Source: an uncultured delta proteobacterium
GTDB taxonomy: Bacteria > Myxococcota_A > Polyangia > Polyangiales > B10-G4
Assembly: GCA_963727445.1 (NCBI GenBank)
Contig: CAVSGI010000012.1
Coordinates: forward strand, 64,001-128,000
Direction: 5' to 3'
DNA: 64,000 nucleotides
The notes under the pieces: model-generated
Databases searched by the model: none
The model's input: only the letters and a program-made list of their open reading frames with translations
Told to the model about the DNA's origin: nothing
Position numbers and translations under genes: made by a program
In this document: one piece after another, positions 9,234 to 20,242 of the stretch
Layout: the number at the start of each line of letters is the position of its first letter
Position numbering within the stretch: position 1 is the first letter of the stretch

Positions 9234-10283
9234 TCACTCGTTGACGACGTGCACGGTGCGTGTCGGGAACGCGAACGGTATGCCTTCTTCCTCGAAGCGG
9301 CGGTAGACCGCGAGGTTCAAGTGGTGCTGCCGCTCCATGAACTCGGTGTAGTCCGACGACTGGACGTAGTGGACGACCTCGTACTGCAGCGACGAGTCTC
9401 CGTACTCGGCGAAATGTGCGCGATCGAGACGGATGCCTTCGGCCTCGTCGACGCACTCGCGGAGGATCTCCGCTACACGTTCGACCTTGGCGTAGGGCAG
9501 GTTGTACTCGATGCCGATACGGAAGAGGACGCGGCGCTCGCTCATGCGCCGATAGTTGCGGATCCGTGACTTGGCCAGGTCACCGTTCGCAAAGACGAGC
9601 TGTTCGCCGCCCAGGCCGAGGAGCCGCGTGGACCGCAGGCCGATCGCATCGACGTTCCCCATGAAGTCGTCGATGACGATGAAGTCGCCGATGTCGAAAG
9701 GACGGTCGAAATAGATCGACAGCGACGCGAAGAGATCACCGAGGACGTTCTGCATCGCAAAGGCCGCCGCGACGCCCCCGATTCCCAGCCCCGCGACCAG
9801 TGCGCTGACTTCGATTCCCAGGTTCGAGAGGATCAACAAGAGGACGATCGCCCAGACGACCAGGCGCGTGATGAAGCCGATCGCGGCGACCATGGTTCGC
9901 CCACCTTCGGACTCGCGCGGCTCCGACTGGTAGCCGTCGACCGCGCGTTGGACCGCTCCATGGATCCAGGCGCCCACCTGCACGAAGAACGCGACGCTCG
10001 TGAAGACCACGATTCCATGATCGAGCTTCGGCGAGAGGTCGAGCAGTCGACTGCCCGCACACACCCCGAGCACCAGGTAGAAGATGCCCTTCGTCCCCTG
10101 CAGCGTCTCCACGACCAGGTCGTCGAGGTGCGTTTTCGTTTTCTCGGTGATGGAGCGGAGGCGCCGGAGAACGACGCCCTTGAAGATGCGGAGCGCCAGG
10201 ATCACTGCCACCGTCACGCCCAGCGCGATCAGCCACTTCTGAATCGAATTGCCCCAGAGCTCGAATTCCAACCAGTCACTCAT
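9234..10283 (-). CDS. MscS family mechanosensitive ion channel
   Basis: ALVAGLGIGGVAAAFA, DRPFDIGDFI, IGLRSTRL and FAFPTRT motifs. Confidence 0.92.
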   Translation of the reverse strand: MSDWLEFELWGNSIQKWLIALGVTVAVILALRIFKGVVLRRLRSITEKTKTHLDDLVVETLQGTKGIFYLVLGVCAGSRLLDLSPKLDHGIVVFTSVAFFVQVGAWIHGAVQRAVDGYQSEPRESEGGRTMVAAIGFITRLVVWAIVLLLILSNLGIEVSALVAGLGIGGVAAAFAMQNVLGDLFASLSIYFDRPFDIGDFIVIDDFMGNVDAIGLRSTRLLGLGGEQLVFANGDLAKSRIRNYRRMSERRVLFRIGIEYNLPYAKVERVAEILRECVDEAEGIRLDRAHFAEYGDSSLQYEVVHYVQSSDYTEFMERQHHLNLAVYRRFEEEGIPFAFPTRTVHVVNE

Positions 10284-10328
10284 TGTGAGGGGCCGATAGA
10301 GCCGAGCACATGCCCGCGCAACCCACCA

Positions 10329-11000
10329 TCATGAGGTTCCACGACGCCTCCACGCGATGAGCCCCACGAGGAACATCGCGAAGCTCGCGGGCGGGATACC
10401 CCGCTTCGGCCTGGAGATCGTGCACCCCGAGTCGTGCGAATCGGGCGGCGGCTGTGCCGGTGGCTGTGGCGTCTCGCGATCGCTTGGTGTGGGGTCGCCA
10501 CGGGCTTCGTCGGGATGCGCCGGAGCGGGTGTGGGCACGTCGTCGCCTTCGCCGGACGTCGTGGGCCCCGGGGGTGTCGTGTCGTCTCGGGCGCCCCGGC
10601 GCACGCGCCGAAGCTCCGTCTGGACGGTCATCGACTCCAACGCCCAGTGCCACTCCATGCTGTCGCCGTCGCAGTGAAACGTCACTCGCCCGGGAGGCGT
10701 GCAGCCCACGTTGTGGGTGTAGCTCTCGCCTGCCTCGCCGCCGGCATTCGTGAGCTCGCAAGCGCGAAAAGGACCGCCGCAGTCGAGCGACGCGCCGTCG
10801 TACTCGATCCCGCCGCAGCGCGCGCCGGTGTTCGAGAGCGTCATCTCGATCGTCCAGGGCGGGCCGCCACCGTTGTGGCCGACGCCGCGCCAGACGCCGA
10901 GGCATGGGTGGTCCTCGGTGGTGTTGTCGGCGCGCGCGCGGCTCGCGCTGAAGAGAGCGAGCAGGAGGGCGGCGCCGGGCGCGAGCAATGGCCGCGCCAC
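10329..11000 (-). CDS. secreted Cys-containing protein with MYXO-CTERM-like anchor
   Basis: Signal peptide, Pro-rich linker, C-terminal SGC..., TM segment and RRR tail. Confidence 0.7.
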   Translation of the reverse strand: MARPLLAPGAALLLALFSASRARADNTTEDHPCLGVWRGVGHNGGGPPWTIEMTLSNTGARCGGIEYDGASLDCGGPFRACELTNAGGEAGESYTHNVGCTPPGRVTFHCDGDSMEWHWALESMTVQTELRRVRRGARDDTTPPGPTTSGEGDDVPTPAPAHPDEARGDPTPSDRETPQPPAQPPPDSHDSGCTISRPKRGIPPASFAMFLVGLIAWRRRGTS

Positions 11001-11010
11001 AGCCTGCTGC

Positions 11011-11883
11011 TCAGCCCTTGAGGGCTTCGGCGCCGCCGATGATCTCCATCAGCTCCTTCGTGATCGCGGCCTGACGGGCGCGATTGAACTGGAGCGTCAG
11101 CTTGCCGATCATGTCCTTGGCGTTGTTGGTCGCCGCGTCCATCGCGGTCATCCGAGCGCCGTGCTCGGAGGCGACGGACTCGAGGAGCGCCCGGTAGATC
11201 TCGATCTCCACGTACATCGGGAGGAGCACGTCGAGCAGCGCCTGCTTGTCGGGCTCGTAGATGTAGTCGACGGCGGTTTCGTCCTCGTCCACGTGCATCG
11301 GCGTGATCGGGAGCAGCGGCTCCACGACCACGTCCTGGGAGATCGCGCTCTTGAATTCGTTGTAGATGACGTAGACCGCATCGAGGTCGTGGCGGCCATA
11401 GTTGTCGACGATGTAGCGGCCGATCTCGCCCGCGCGGTCCATCGACAGGTCCGAGAACACGCCGGTGAAGTCCTTCTGGATGTCCGCGGAGCGGCGGCGG
11501 AGGTAGTCGCGGCCCTTGCGGCCGATGACCGCGAAGGTGACCGTCTTGCCCTCGGCCTCGAGCTCCTTCCAGAACTTGTAGGCCGCCTTGTTGATCGAGG
11601 CGTTGAAGGCGCCCGCCAGGCCGCGGTCGCTGGTCAGGACCACGAGCATGACGTTCTTTTGCTCGCGCCGCGCCAGCAGCGGATGAACATCCTCGTCCTC
11701 GCCCGCGCGAGCAGCGACGCCGCTCAGCACGTCCATCGTCTTGATGGCGTAGGGTCGGAGGTCGAGGATGTTCTGCTGAGCGCGACGCAGCTTCGCCGCC
11801 GCGACCATCTTCATGGCGCGGGTGATCTTCTGCGTGTTCTTGACGCTTCCGATCCGCTTGCGAATGTCTTTGAGGTTGGCCAT
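11011..11883 (-). CDS. atpG: F1 ATP synthase subunit gamma
   Basis: MANLKDIRKRIGSVKNTQKITRAMKMVAAAK, TSDRGLAG, RQAAITKELMEI. Confidence 0.97.
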   Translation of the reverse strand: MANLKDIRKRIGSVKNTQKITRAMKMVAAAKLRRAQQNILDLRPYAIKTMDVLSGVAARAGEDEDVHPLLARREQKNVMLVVLTSDRGLAGAFNASINKAAYKFWKELEAEGKTVTFAVIGRKGRDYLRRRSADIQKDFTGVFSDLSMDRAGEIGRYIVDNYGRHDLDAVYVIYNEFKSAISQDVVVEPLLPITPMHVDEDETAVDYIYEPDKQALLDVLLPMYVEIEIYRALLESVASEHGARMTAMDAATNNAKDMIGKLTLQFNRARQAAITKELMEIIGGAEALKG

Positions 11884-11890
11884 TCGGGCC

Positions 11891-13530
<1,640 letters not shown>

Positions 13531-13604
13531 TGTCGGGGCTTTCTGTGTCGGTGGTGTTTTCGACCGGGAGGATTGAGGGGCGAACGGTGGCTCACCCCGA
13601 AGTT

Positions 13605-14144
13605 TCAGCGCTCGAGGAGCGTGTCCTGCAGCTCTGCGAGCCGAGTGCGAAGGCTTCCGTCGAGGACGCGATCACCCATGCGGGTGATGACGCCGCCGAT
13701 GATCGCCGGATCCTGCTTGCGGGTGAGGAGCACCTTCTTGCCAGTGCCACGCTCGAGCTCCTGCTGGATCTGCGTGAAGAAGCTCTCGGGCATCGCTGTC
13801 GCGGTCGTGACCTCGGCGCGCACCTGCTTCTCGATGTCCTCGGAGAGGTTGCGGAAAGCCTCCACCACGTCCGGCAAGAAGCGCATGCGCCGCCGATCGC
13901 TCAAGAGAAAGAGCGTGGTCTTCACGGTCGGGGCCAGGCCCATGCGGCTCGCGAGGTCGTCGAGGATCTTGCGGCGCACGTCGCCCGCGATCGCCGGGTT
14001 CTCGAAGGTGCTGCGCAGCTCGGCGCTGTCGTTCCACGCCTTCTCCAGATCGGCGAGGTCGTTTCCGACCTTGCTGACCTGCGACTGCTCTTGCGCCAGC
14101 TCGAGCAGGGCGCGGGCGTAGCGCTTTCCGATCGGTGCGGCCAT
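13605..14144 (-). CDS. atpH: ATP synthase subunit delta
   Basis: KRYARALL and DPAIIGGVITRMGDRVLDGS; operon position. Confidence 0.93.
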   Translation of the reverse strand: MAAPIGKRYARALLELAQEQSQVSKVGNDLADLEKAWNDSAELRSTFENPAIAGDVRRKILDDLASRMGLAPTVKTTLFLLSDRRRMRFLPDVVEAFRNLSEDIEKQVRAEVTTATAMPESFFTQIQQELERGTGKKVLLTRKQDPAIIGGVITRMGDRVLDGSLRTRLAELQDTLLER

Positions 14145-14794
14145 CAGGCCCCTCCCTGGACGTCGATGTCGGCGCCGAGTCGGTCGTGGAGGCGCTTGAC
14201 GTACTCCTCGGCCAGGCGCTGCTGGTCATTGGCGCTCGTCTCCTCGACGAGGACTTCCTGCGCGGCGGCGACGGCGGCGGAGACCGCTGCCTCGGTGAGC
14301 TCCTCGCGGAGCTGCTTCATCTGCTGTTCGATCACGAACTCGGCGTCCTTCCGCAGGCGCGCTGCCTTGGCCTCGGCCTCGGCGACGATCCGGTCGCGCT
14401 CCTTTTCGCCCGCCTCCGCCATCTCTTCGCGGATCTGCGCCAGCTCCTCGTCGAGCTTCTCGAGGCGCTCCGAGTACTCGGCGAACTTCTCCTCGGCCTC
14501 TTCCTTGAGCCGCGCCGCTTCCTTCAGCTCGTTCTCGATCATGCTGCGCCGTTCGGTGAAGAACTTCGTGACGGGTTTGCGCCCCATCCAGATGAAGAGC
14601 GCGAGGAGCAGGCAGAAGTTGACGAGCGCACCCTTGAAGCCGGTGGTGCCCACGGCGTCGGTGATGGACAGACCGTGCTCTTCGCCGTGCTCGGCGGTCT
14701 GACCGTGCTCGCCGTGCTCCTGAGCGAGAGCATTGGTCGCCGGAGCGACGAGGAGGGCGCCAGCGAAGAGCGCCGCGAAGACGGAACGCTTCAT
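14144..14794 (-). CDS. atpF: ATP synthase Fo subunit b with N-terminal extension
   Basis: His/Glu-rich leader, TM segment (LVNFCLLLALFIW), long coiled coil; directly upstream of atpH. Confidence 0.85.
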   Translation of the reverse strand: MKRSVFAALFAGALLVAPATNALAQEHGEHGQTAEHGEEHGLSITDAVGTTGFKGALVNFCLLLALFIWMGRKPVTKFFTERRSMIENELKEAARLKEEAEEKFAEYSERLEKLDEELAQIREEMAEAGEKERDRIVAEAEAKAARLRKDAEFVIEQQMKQLREELTEAAVSAAVAAAQEVLVEETSANDQQRLAEEYVKRLHDRLGADIDVQGGA

Positions 14795-15261
14795 CAGGAC
14801 ACCTCCCTGCCGAGGAGCTGAGTGGCGATCTGCCGCGCGAGCGCAGGCACCTGCGTCTTCATCTCGGTGCGGACCTTGTCCGCCTCCTGCTGCATCTTCT
14901 TCTCGGCGGCGGCGAGGGTCCCGGCCGTCTCGCCGCGGACCTTCTCGAGCAGCTCGCGCTCCATACGCAGGCCTTCGGCGCGGAGCTTGTCGCGCTCGTC
15001 GCCGGCCTCGCGGCGGACGCTGCGCATCTCGTCGTCGAAGCTCGCGCCCTTTTCCTTGGCCTCGCGGGTCAGCTCCCGGGCTTCGCGACGAGCGCCGTCG
15101 ATGGCCTCTTCGCGCGCGTCGAAGAGCTTCATCATCGGCTGAAACACCAGGGAGCGCAGGATGAAGAACGCGGCGAAGAAGATGACGAGCTGAATGAAGA
15201 TCGTCCCGTCGAGGTCGATGATGGAGCCGCCGGAAAGCAGCGCCGCAGAGAGGAACGTCAT
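14794..15261 (-). CDS. ATP synthase Fo subunit b'
   Basis: IDLDGTIFIQLVIFF TM, LVFQP..K...RE..I.G motif, coiled coil ending LLGREVS. Confidence 0.85.
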   Translation of the reverse strand: MTFLSAALLSGGSIIDLDGTIFIQLVIFFAAFFILRSLVFQPMMKLFDAREEAIDGARREARELTREAKEKGASFDDEMRSVRREAGDERDKLRAEGLRMERELLEKVRGETAGTLAAAEKKMQQEADKVRTEMKTQVPALARQIATQLLGREVS

Positions 15262-15375
15262 GAAGGGGCCTACTCGCGTTTTTTGCGGCCCCCACTTTTG
15301 GAAGCCGCTTTGGGAGCTAGGGCCCTTTCCGCGGCCTTTTAACCCGCGAAAACCACCCGTCGCTCGACGCGCGCG

Positions 15376-15404
15376 TACTTAGCAGTGGCCACCGGCCCCG
15401 TCAA
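15376..15404 (-). promoter_or_regulatory. candidate sigma-70 promoter of the atp operon
   Basis: Minus strand TTGACG-N17-TAAGTA, with TG just upstream of the -10 box. Confidence 0.5.
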
Positions 15405-15445
15405 GGGAGGGAGAGGGGCCGATTTCGCGAACGAAATCGCGCGTT

Positions 15446-16045
15446 TCAGCTGCGCGTAACGCGCTCGCGGAACGCGGTCAGCACCCGGCGGGCGTTGCGC
15501 ACGTTCTCATCGGTGATCACGCCCGAGGGAAAGGGCATGTCGGGGTCGATCAGGAGCCGGAAACGGACCAGGGTTCGCCCCTCGTCGATGGGGGTGACTT
15601 CCCATGTGGCCGTGAAGGTGTCGATGTTGCCCGAGGTCATCGTTCCCTCGACGACCTGGGTGTCCCCGCGGTTGGGGCGCTTTCGGAGCCGCATGTTGGC
15701 CCACAGCGTGATCGTGTCGTGGAAGGCGCTGGCCTGCATGTAGACCATGGCGCTCGCGCCCCGGGCGGAGAGGATCCGCGATTGGGTGAAGTGGGGCATG
15801 AACTCGGCGTAGTTGGCGTAGTCGAGGACCACTTCCATCACATCGTCGATGGGGGCCTCGACGACGGCGATCGATTCGCCGTAGCCGACACTTCCTTCGG
15901 AATCGACCGCGCGGACGGAGACGCGGTTGCCGATGCGCGAGGCGATGGTGGCCGCGTTGTCCTGGGCTCCGGCGCTGCCCGCACCGAGTGCCGTGACAAA
16001 GATGGCCAGGACGAGGGGGCCTCCAAAGTTCGCCAGATATCGCAT
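15446..16045 (-). CDS. secreted SRPBCC/START-fold (polyketide cyclase-like) protein
   Basis: Signal peptide, AP...V..V..DY.NY.EF.P motif, W.V.P....T.V motif. Confidence 0.8.
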   Translation of the reverse strand: MRYLANFGGPLVLAIFVTALGAGSAGAQDNAATIASRIGNRVSVRAVDSEGSVGYGESIAVVEAPIDDVMEVVLDYANYAEFMPHFTQSRILSARGASAMVYMQASAFHDTITLWANMRLRKRPNRGDTQVVEGTMTSGNIDTFTATWEVTPIDEGRTLVRFRLLIDPDMPFPSGVITDENVRNARRVLTAFRERVTRS

Positions 16046-16272
16046 CGATTCAACTTCCTCCGCGCTGGATCAAAGATGATCCTGGGCCGCCACTTATTCA
16101 AACGGCGGGCCACCAAAAGCCTTCACGAAATCACGAGGCTTTTTGGGTTGTGTGGTCACTTTCGTTTCCACCATCCTGTGACCCTCCTGCCACACGGCGG
16201 ATATGGGTGTCACGAAAGTGAGCACCGAAGAGGCCCTGGGCAAGGGCTCGGATCTTCGGGCAAGCGCTCCAC

Positions 16273-17547
16273 ATGAGTACTCTTCGGCCGATGGGACGCT
16301 GGTTCTTCGGGGTGGGGCTGGTGTCGGTGCTCGTCGGGATCCTTCCCGCCGGCGCCGAGGCACAGTGGTCATCGGTGATCGTGGACTTCGAGGGCCGGGG
16401 ACATCGGCCGGCGCAGAACGCGGTCGCGCGCGCGGTCGGGGATCGGGTGACCCTCGAGGACGGCGCGGCCTTTGCCTCGGCCGCCCGAGCGTCGGGCGCC
16501 GACCTCACGACCGCCGAAGGGATCGCGGCCGCGGCGCAGGCGCAGCGAGTGAGCCTGGTGATCACCGGGCAGATGAGGGGACGGAGGCGGGTCGCGGTGC
16601 GCTTCTTGGACGACGAGGGGCAGGAGCTCGATTCGACAGAGGTGCCGATGCCACGAAACCAGAGCAGCCGGCAGCGCTTCAATCGCGAGGTGATGGCCGC
16701 GCTCGATCGCGTCATCGGGATCCTCGACGAGCGCGCCGCCTCCGCGCGCCAACAGGAGCTCGCCGCGGACACGAGCGAGGTGGCGCACCTCGACGAGGAG
16801 CGGCCGGAAGACGAGGACGAGGCGTCGGGGCCGGCGCGTGAGCATCCCATGATCGTCGGGCTGATCGGTCTCGACGGGCGAAGCCGCAACGCGTCGATCA
16901 ATTTGCGAAACGGGCTCCGGCGAACGTACTCGGCGTTCTTTCCTCAGCTCACCTTCGCGATTCTGGCGCGGCCCTTCGACGCGGAGAGCGGGGTGCTCTC
17001 GGGGCTCTTCGCCTCCTTCGACTTCGCCATCGCGCTCGGTCTCGGATCGAACGAAGAGCTATCGAGCGGCATGGTCGTGCCCATCGACACGACCGCGTAT
17101 CGCCTGGGTGTTCACGTGGGCTACCTCTTCGATCTCGACACCCTCGAGCTGGGCGCGAGCCTCGGCTTCGTCTACGACGCCTTCGAGCTAGGACCGAACA
17201 ACACCATGCCTACGGCGGCCTATCCCTCGCTCCGCATCGGCGGCGTGGGACGGATCCCGATCCTCGACGACGGGCTCCTCGGCGCCTTCGCCGAGGCGGG
17301 CCTCCGCATCGTCATGGGCGACGGAGAGCTCACCCCCGCCTTCGGCGCCGGCAGCGCCACCCTCGGCTTCGACGTCACCGGCGGTCTCATGGGCGCCCTC
17401 GACATCGGCCTCACCTACGCCGCCCGCATCGGCTACGTCGGCTACGCCATCGGCTTCAGCGGCGACGCCGTTGCCACCGCCGACACGGCCGCCAACGGCT
17501 TCGACGGCGGCGTGTATTTCGGCCTGCAAGCGGGCTGGCAGCTGTAG
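16273..17547 (+). CDS. putative outer-membrane protein with C-terminal beta-barrel
   Basis: Signal peptide, acidic linker, amphipathic beta strands ending GLQAGWQL. Confidence 0.7.
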   Translation: MSTLRPMGRWFFGVGLVSVLVGILPAGAEAQWSSVIVDFEGRGHRPAQNAVARAVGDRVTLEDGAAFASAARASGADLTTAEGIAAAAQAQRVSLVITGQMRGRRRVAVRFLDDEGQELDSTEVPMPRNQSSRQRFNREVMAALDRVIGILDERAASARQQELAADTSEVAHLDEERPEDEDEASGPAREHPMIVGLIGLDGRSRNASINLRNGLRRTYSAFFPQLTFAILARPFDAESGVLSGLFASFDFAIALGLGSNEELSSGMVVPIDTTAYRLGVHVGYLFDLDTLELGASLGFVYDAFELGPNNTMPTAAYPSLRIGGVGRIPILDDGLLGAFAEAGLRIVMGDGELTPAFGAGSATLGFDVTGGLMGALDIGLTYAARIGYVGYAIGFSGDAVATADTAANGFDGGVYFGLQAGWQL

Positions 17548-17574
17548 AGGCGCCGCGCGGCTGGTGTCGCGCTG

Positions 17575-17910
17575 GCCAACGGGGACGGTCTACACTTTTC
17601 AACTTTCGCCACGCCCACCCGGGTTCGATCCGCCTGCGCGCGGACCAACGGGGACCGCCGGCCAACGGGGACGGTCTACACTTTTCAACTTTCGCCACGC
17701 CCACCCGGGTTCGATCCGCCTGCGCGCGGACTAACGGGGACGGTCTACACTTTTCAACTTTCGCCAGCCCACCCGGGTTCGATCCGCCTGCGCGCGGCCC
17801 AGCCGAAAGTTGAAAAGTGTAGACCGTCCCCATCAAGTTTCCGATGGACGAGGGGGTTCGATCCGCCTGCGCGGGGCCCAGCCGAAAGTTGAAAAGTGTA
17901 GACCGTCCCC
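17575..17910. repeat. REP/REPIN-like cluster of 28-bp direct and inverted repeats
   Basis: GGGGACGGTCTACACTTTTCAACTTTCG at 17581, 17667 and 17736; exact reverse complement at 17804-17831 and 17883-17910; spacer GGGTTCGATCCGCCTGCGCG repeated four times. Confidence 0.95.
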
Positions 17911-17966
17911 GTCAAGCTTCGGCCCACATCGCGCCAAATCGCCTGAGTGAGCGAAGCGAAACGAGC

Positions 17967-18509
17967 CTACCGCGCGTCCGGCTCCGCGTTTGGCTCCGCG
18001 TCCGCCTCGGGCTCGGCCTCGGCCTCCACGTCCGCCTCGGCGTCCGCGTCCGCCTCGGGCTCGGCCTCGGCCTCGGCCTCCACGTCCGCCTCGGCCTCCG
18101 GCTCCGGCTCCGGCTCCGCCTCCATCACCTCTTCCGGCGCCTCGTCGATCTCGTGGACCTCGGCTTCGGGCATGGTGCAGCGGCCCTCGAAGTGGACGCC
18201 TTTGTCGATGAAGAGCTGGGGGGCGTGGATGTCGCAAAGGACGCGGGCGGGGGCGTGGAGCTCGACCAGGTCGGTGGCCTTGACCTCCCCCCGGAGCTCG
18301 CCGCCCCGGACAATCAGCGTCCCGACCTCAATCTTCGCGTCGATGTCGGCGCCGTCGCCGAAGACGAGCATGCCTTCGCTCCATATCTCACCGCGAAATC
18401 TGCCGTCGATGCGGACCCGTCCGTCGAAGGTGAGCTTGCCTTCGAACTCGGTCCCGCGTCCGAGCAGGGCGTGGATCTCGCCGAAGCCAGTGAGGTCCTT
18501 CGGTTGCAT
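17967..18509 (-). CDS. bactofilin (polymer-forming cytoskeletal protein) with acidic tail
   Basis: LLGRGTEFEGKLTFDGRVRIDGRFRGEI...GVHFEGRC bactofilin domain followed by an (AE/PE/AD)n tail. Confidence 0.9.
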   Translation of the reverse strand: MQPKDLTGFGEIHALLGRGTEFEGKLTFDGRVRIDGRFRGEIWSEGMLVFGDGADIDAKIEVGTLIVRGGELRGEVKATDLVELHAPARVLCDIHAPQLFIDKGVHFEGRCTMPEAEVHEIDEAPEEVMEAEPEPEPEAEADVEAEAEAEPEADADAEADVEAEAEPEADAEPNAEPDAR

Positions 18510-18537
18510 CGTTCCGTGGGGGATAGAGAATGCGGGC

Positions 18538-19359
18538 GTGCGGGACAAGCAGAAAGCTTCCGAGCCGCCCAGGGCCGACACCGTCGAGCGCTGGGCCTGG
18601 GATTACGTGCAGGCACGGGATCTCGGCCACAAGCTCGCGCCCCCGCCGCCGCCTCGGAGGTGGGAAGAGGGCCCGCGGGCTCGCCGCATCAGGGCCCCTG
18701 GCAGGCCAGCCGAGCTGACGGTCGTGAGCTCGGGGGTGCGCGCCCGCCGCGGCGGCCTCAGGGGGACGAAGGCGCGCGCGCGTCTGGTCCACGCGTTCAT
18801 GCACCACGAGCTCCAGGCGGCGGAGCTCATGTGCTGGGCGCTCCTCGCCTTCCCGGACGCCCCGGCACCGTTTCGTGAAGGCCTGTTGCGCATCGCCCTC
18901 GACGAGGTCCGGCACATGGGGCTCTACGCCGAGCACCTCGAGGCGCTCGGTCATGGCTTCGGCGACTTCGAGGTGCGGGACTGGTTCTGGGAGCGGGTGC
19001 CGCGTGTCTCGACCCCGGCCGCCTTCGTCGCCGTCCTCGGCATGGGCTTCGAGGGCGGCAACCTCGACCATGCGTCGCGCTTCGCTCAGCGTTTCCGCGA
19101 CGTCGGCGATGAGCTCGGGGCGCGGGTGCAGGACACCGTGGGCCGCGAGGAGATCGGACACGTCCGCTTCGCGATGCACTGGTTCGAGCTCTTCACCGGC
19201 GCGACCGACTTCGCGACCTGGGCGTCGCACCTGCCGGCGCCGCTCTCGCCGATGGTGATGCGCGGTGAGCCGGTGCGCGCCGATCTGCGCGAGAAGGCGG
19301 GGATGAGCCCCGAGTTCGTACGGGAGATGATCGCGTGGCAGCCCGTGCGTGGGTCCTGA
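18538..19359 (+). CDS. DUF455 family ferritin-like di-iron protein
   Basis: HAFMHHELQAAEL, DEVRH, EGGNLDH and EEIGHV motifs. Confidence 0.85.
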   Translation: MRDKQKASEPPRADTVERWAWDYVQARDLGHKLAPPPPPRRWEEGPRARRIRAPGRPAELTVVSSGVRARRGGLRGTKARARLVHAFMHHELQAAELMCWALLAFPDAPAPFREGLLRIALDEVRHMGLYAEHLEALGHGFGDFEVRDWFWERVPRVSTPAAFVAVLGMGFEGGNLDHASRFAQRFRDVGDELGARVQDTVGREEIGHVRFAMHWFELFTGATDFATWASHLPAPLSPMVMRGEPVRADLREKAGMSPEFVREMIAWQPVRGS

Positions 19360-20186
19360 ACCTCGACGCCGATCTCGAGCTCGAAAAGGGTGCGGGCTAC
19401 GCGCGCGCTCGGGCGATCGACCGGCGGATGCAGTCGCTCGTTCCGCGTGTCCGTCCGCGGCTCTTGAACGATGACGACTTTCTGGTGGCGGAGGGCGACG
19501 CCACGGGGCTCGAAGGCCATGCGTTCTGCATGACGCCTTCCGCGCGGCGCGCGCTCGAGGAGGCGGGCGCCGTCCCGACGCCTGCGCCACCCGTCGAGGT
19601 GATCCGCCACGTCAACCATCGGCGCTTCTGTGCCGAGCTCGGTCAGACCCTCGACGGCGCGATCTTCGCGACCCACGAGGACGAGGTCGAGGACGCCCTC
19701 GCGCGCATGGACTCGCCCCTCGGCGTCCTCCTCAAGCGCCCCTTCGGCTTCGCCGGGCGCGGCCAGCGCCGCGTCGGCCAGGTGCTGACCGACGAGGACC
19801 GCGCCTGGCTCGCCGCTACGCCGATGCACGAAGGCGTGCAGGTCGAGCCGCGCGTCGAGCTGCTCGTCGAGACCTCCGTGCACGCCTGGCTCCAACCAGA
19901 CGGAGCGATCCGCCACGGCGACCTCGTGATCCAGAGCTGCGAGGCTGGCGCTTGGCAGAGCTCCCGCGCCCCGCACCCCGGCGAGCTCACGGGCCCCTAC
20001 AGAGACGAAGCCCTTGCCGAGCTGCATCGCGTCGGCCGAGCGCTCGCCGCCGCCGGCTACTTCGGTCCTTTCGGGGTCGATGGCTTCGTGTACAGGGACG
20101 AACGCGGAGAGACGCGTCATCAGCTACGCAGCGAGATCAACGCCCGGCATACGATGGGCTGGAGTCTCGACGTGGGGTCGGGCTGA
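19335..20186 (+). CDS. ATP-grasp fold protein
   Basis: LLKRPFGFAGRG, VEPRVE, GYFGPFGVD and EINAR motifs; overlaps the DUF455 gene. Confidence 0.75.
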   Translation: MAARAWVLNLDADLELEKGAGYARARAIDRRMQSLVPRVRPRLLNDDDFLVAEGDATGLEGHAFCMTPSARRALEEAGAVPTPAPPVEVIRHVNHRRFCAELGQTLDGAIFATHEDEVEDALARMDSPLGVLLKRPFGFAGRGQRRVGQVLTDEDRAWLAATPMHEGVQVEPRVELLVETSVHAWLQPDGAIRHGDLVIQSCEAGAWQSSRAPHPGELTGPYRDEALAELHRVGRALAAAGYFGPFGVDGFVYRDERGETRHQLRSEINARHTMGWSLDVGSG

Positions 20187-20242
20187 CGATCCCCGCCCGA
20201 TTCGACGTCGCCGAAGTCAGCCCGGACGGCTACGATCGACGG

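Noticed and set aside
17615..17640. tRNA fragment (GGTTCGATCC resembles a T-loop)
   Set aside because: No cloverleaf or CCA end; the motif is part of the repeat spacer.
17575..17910. CRISPR array (28-bp repeats with ~40-bp gaps)
   Set aside because: Spacers are copies of each other and the repeats occur in both orientations.
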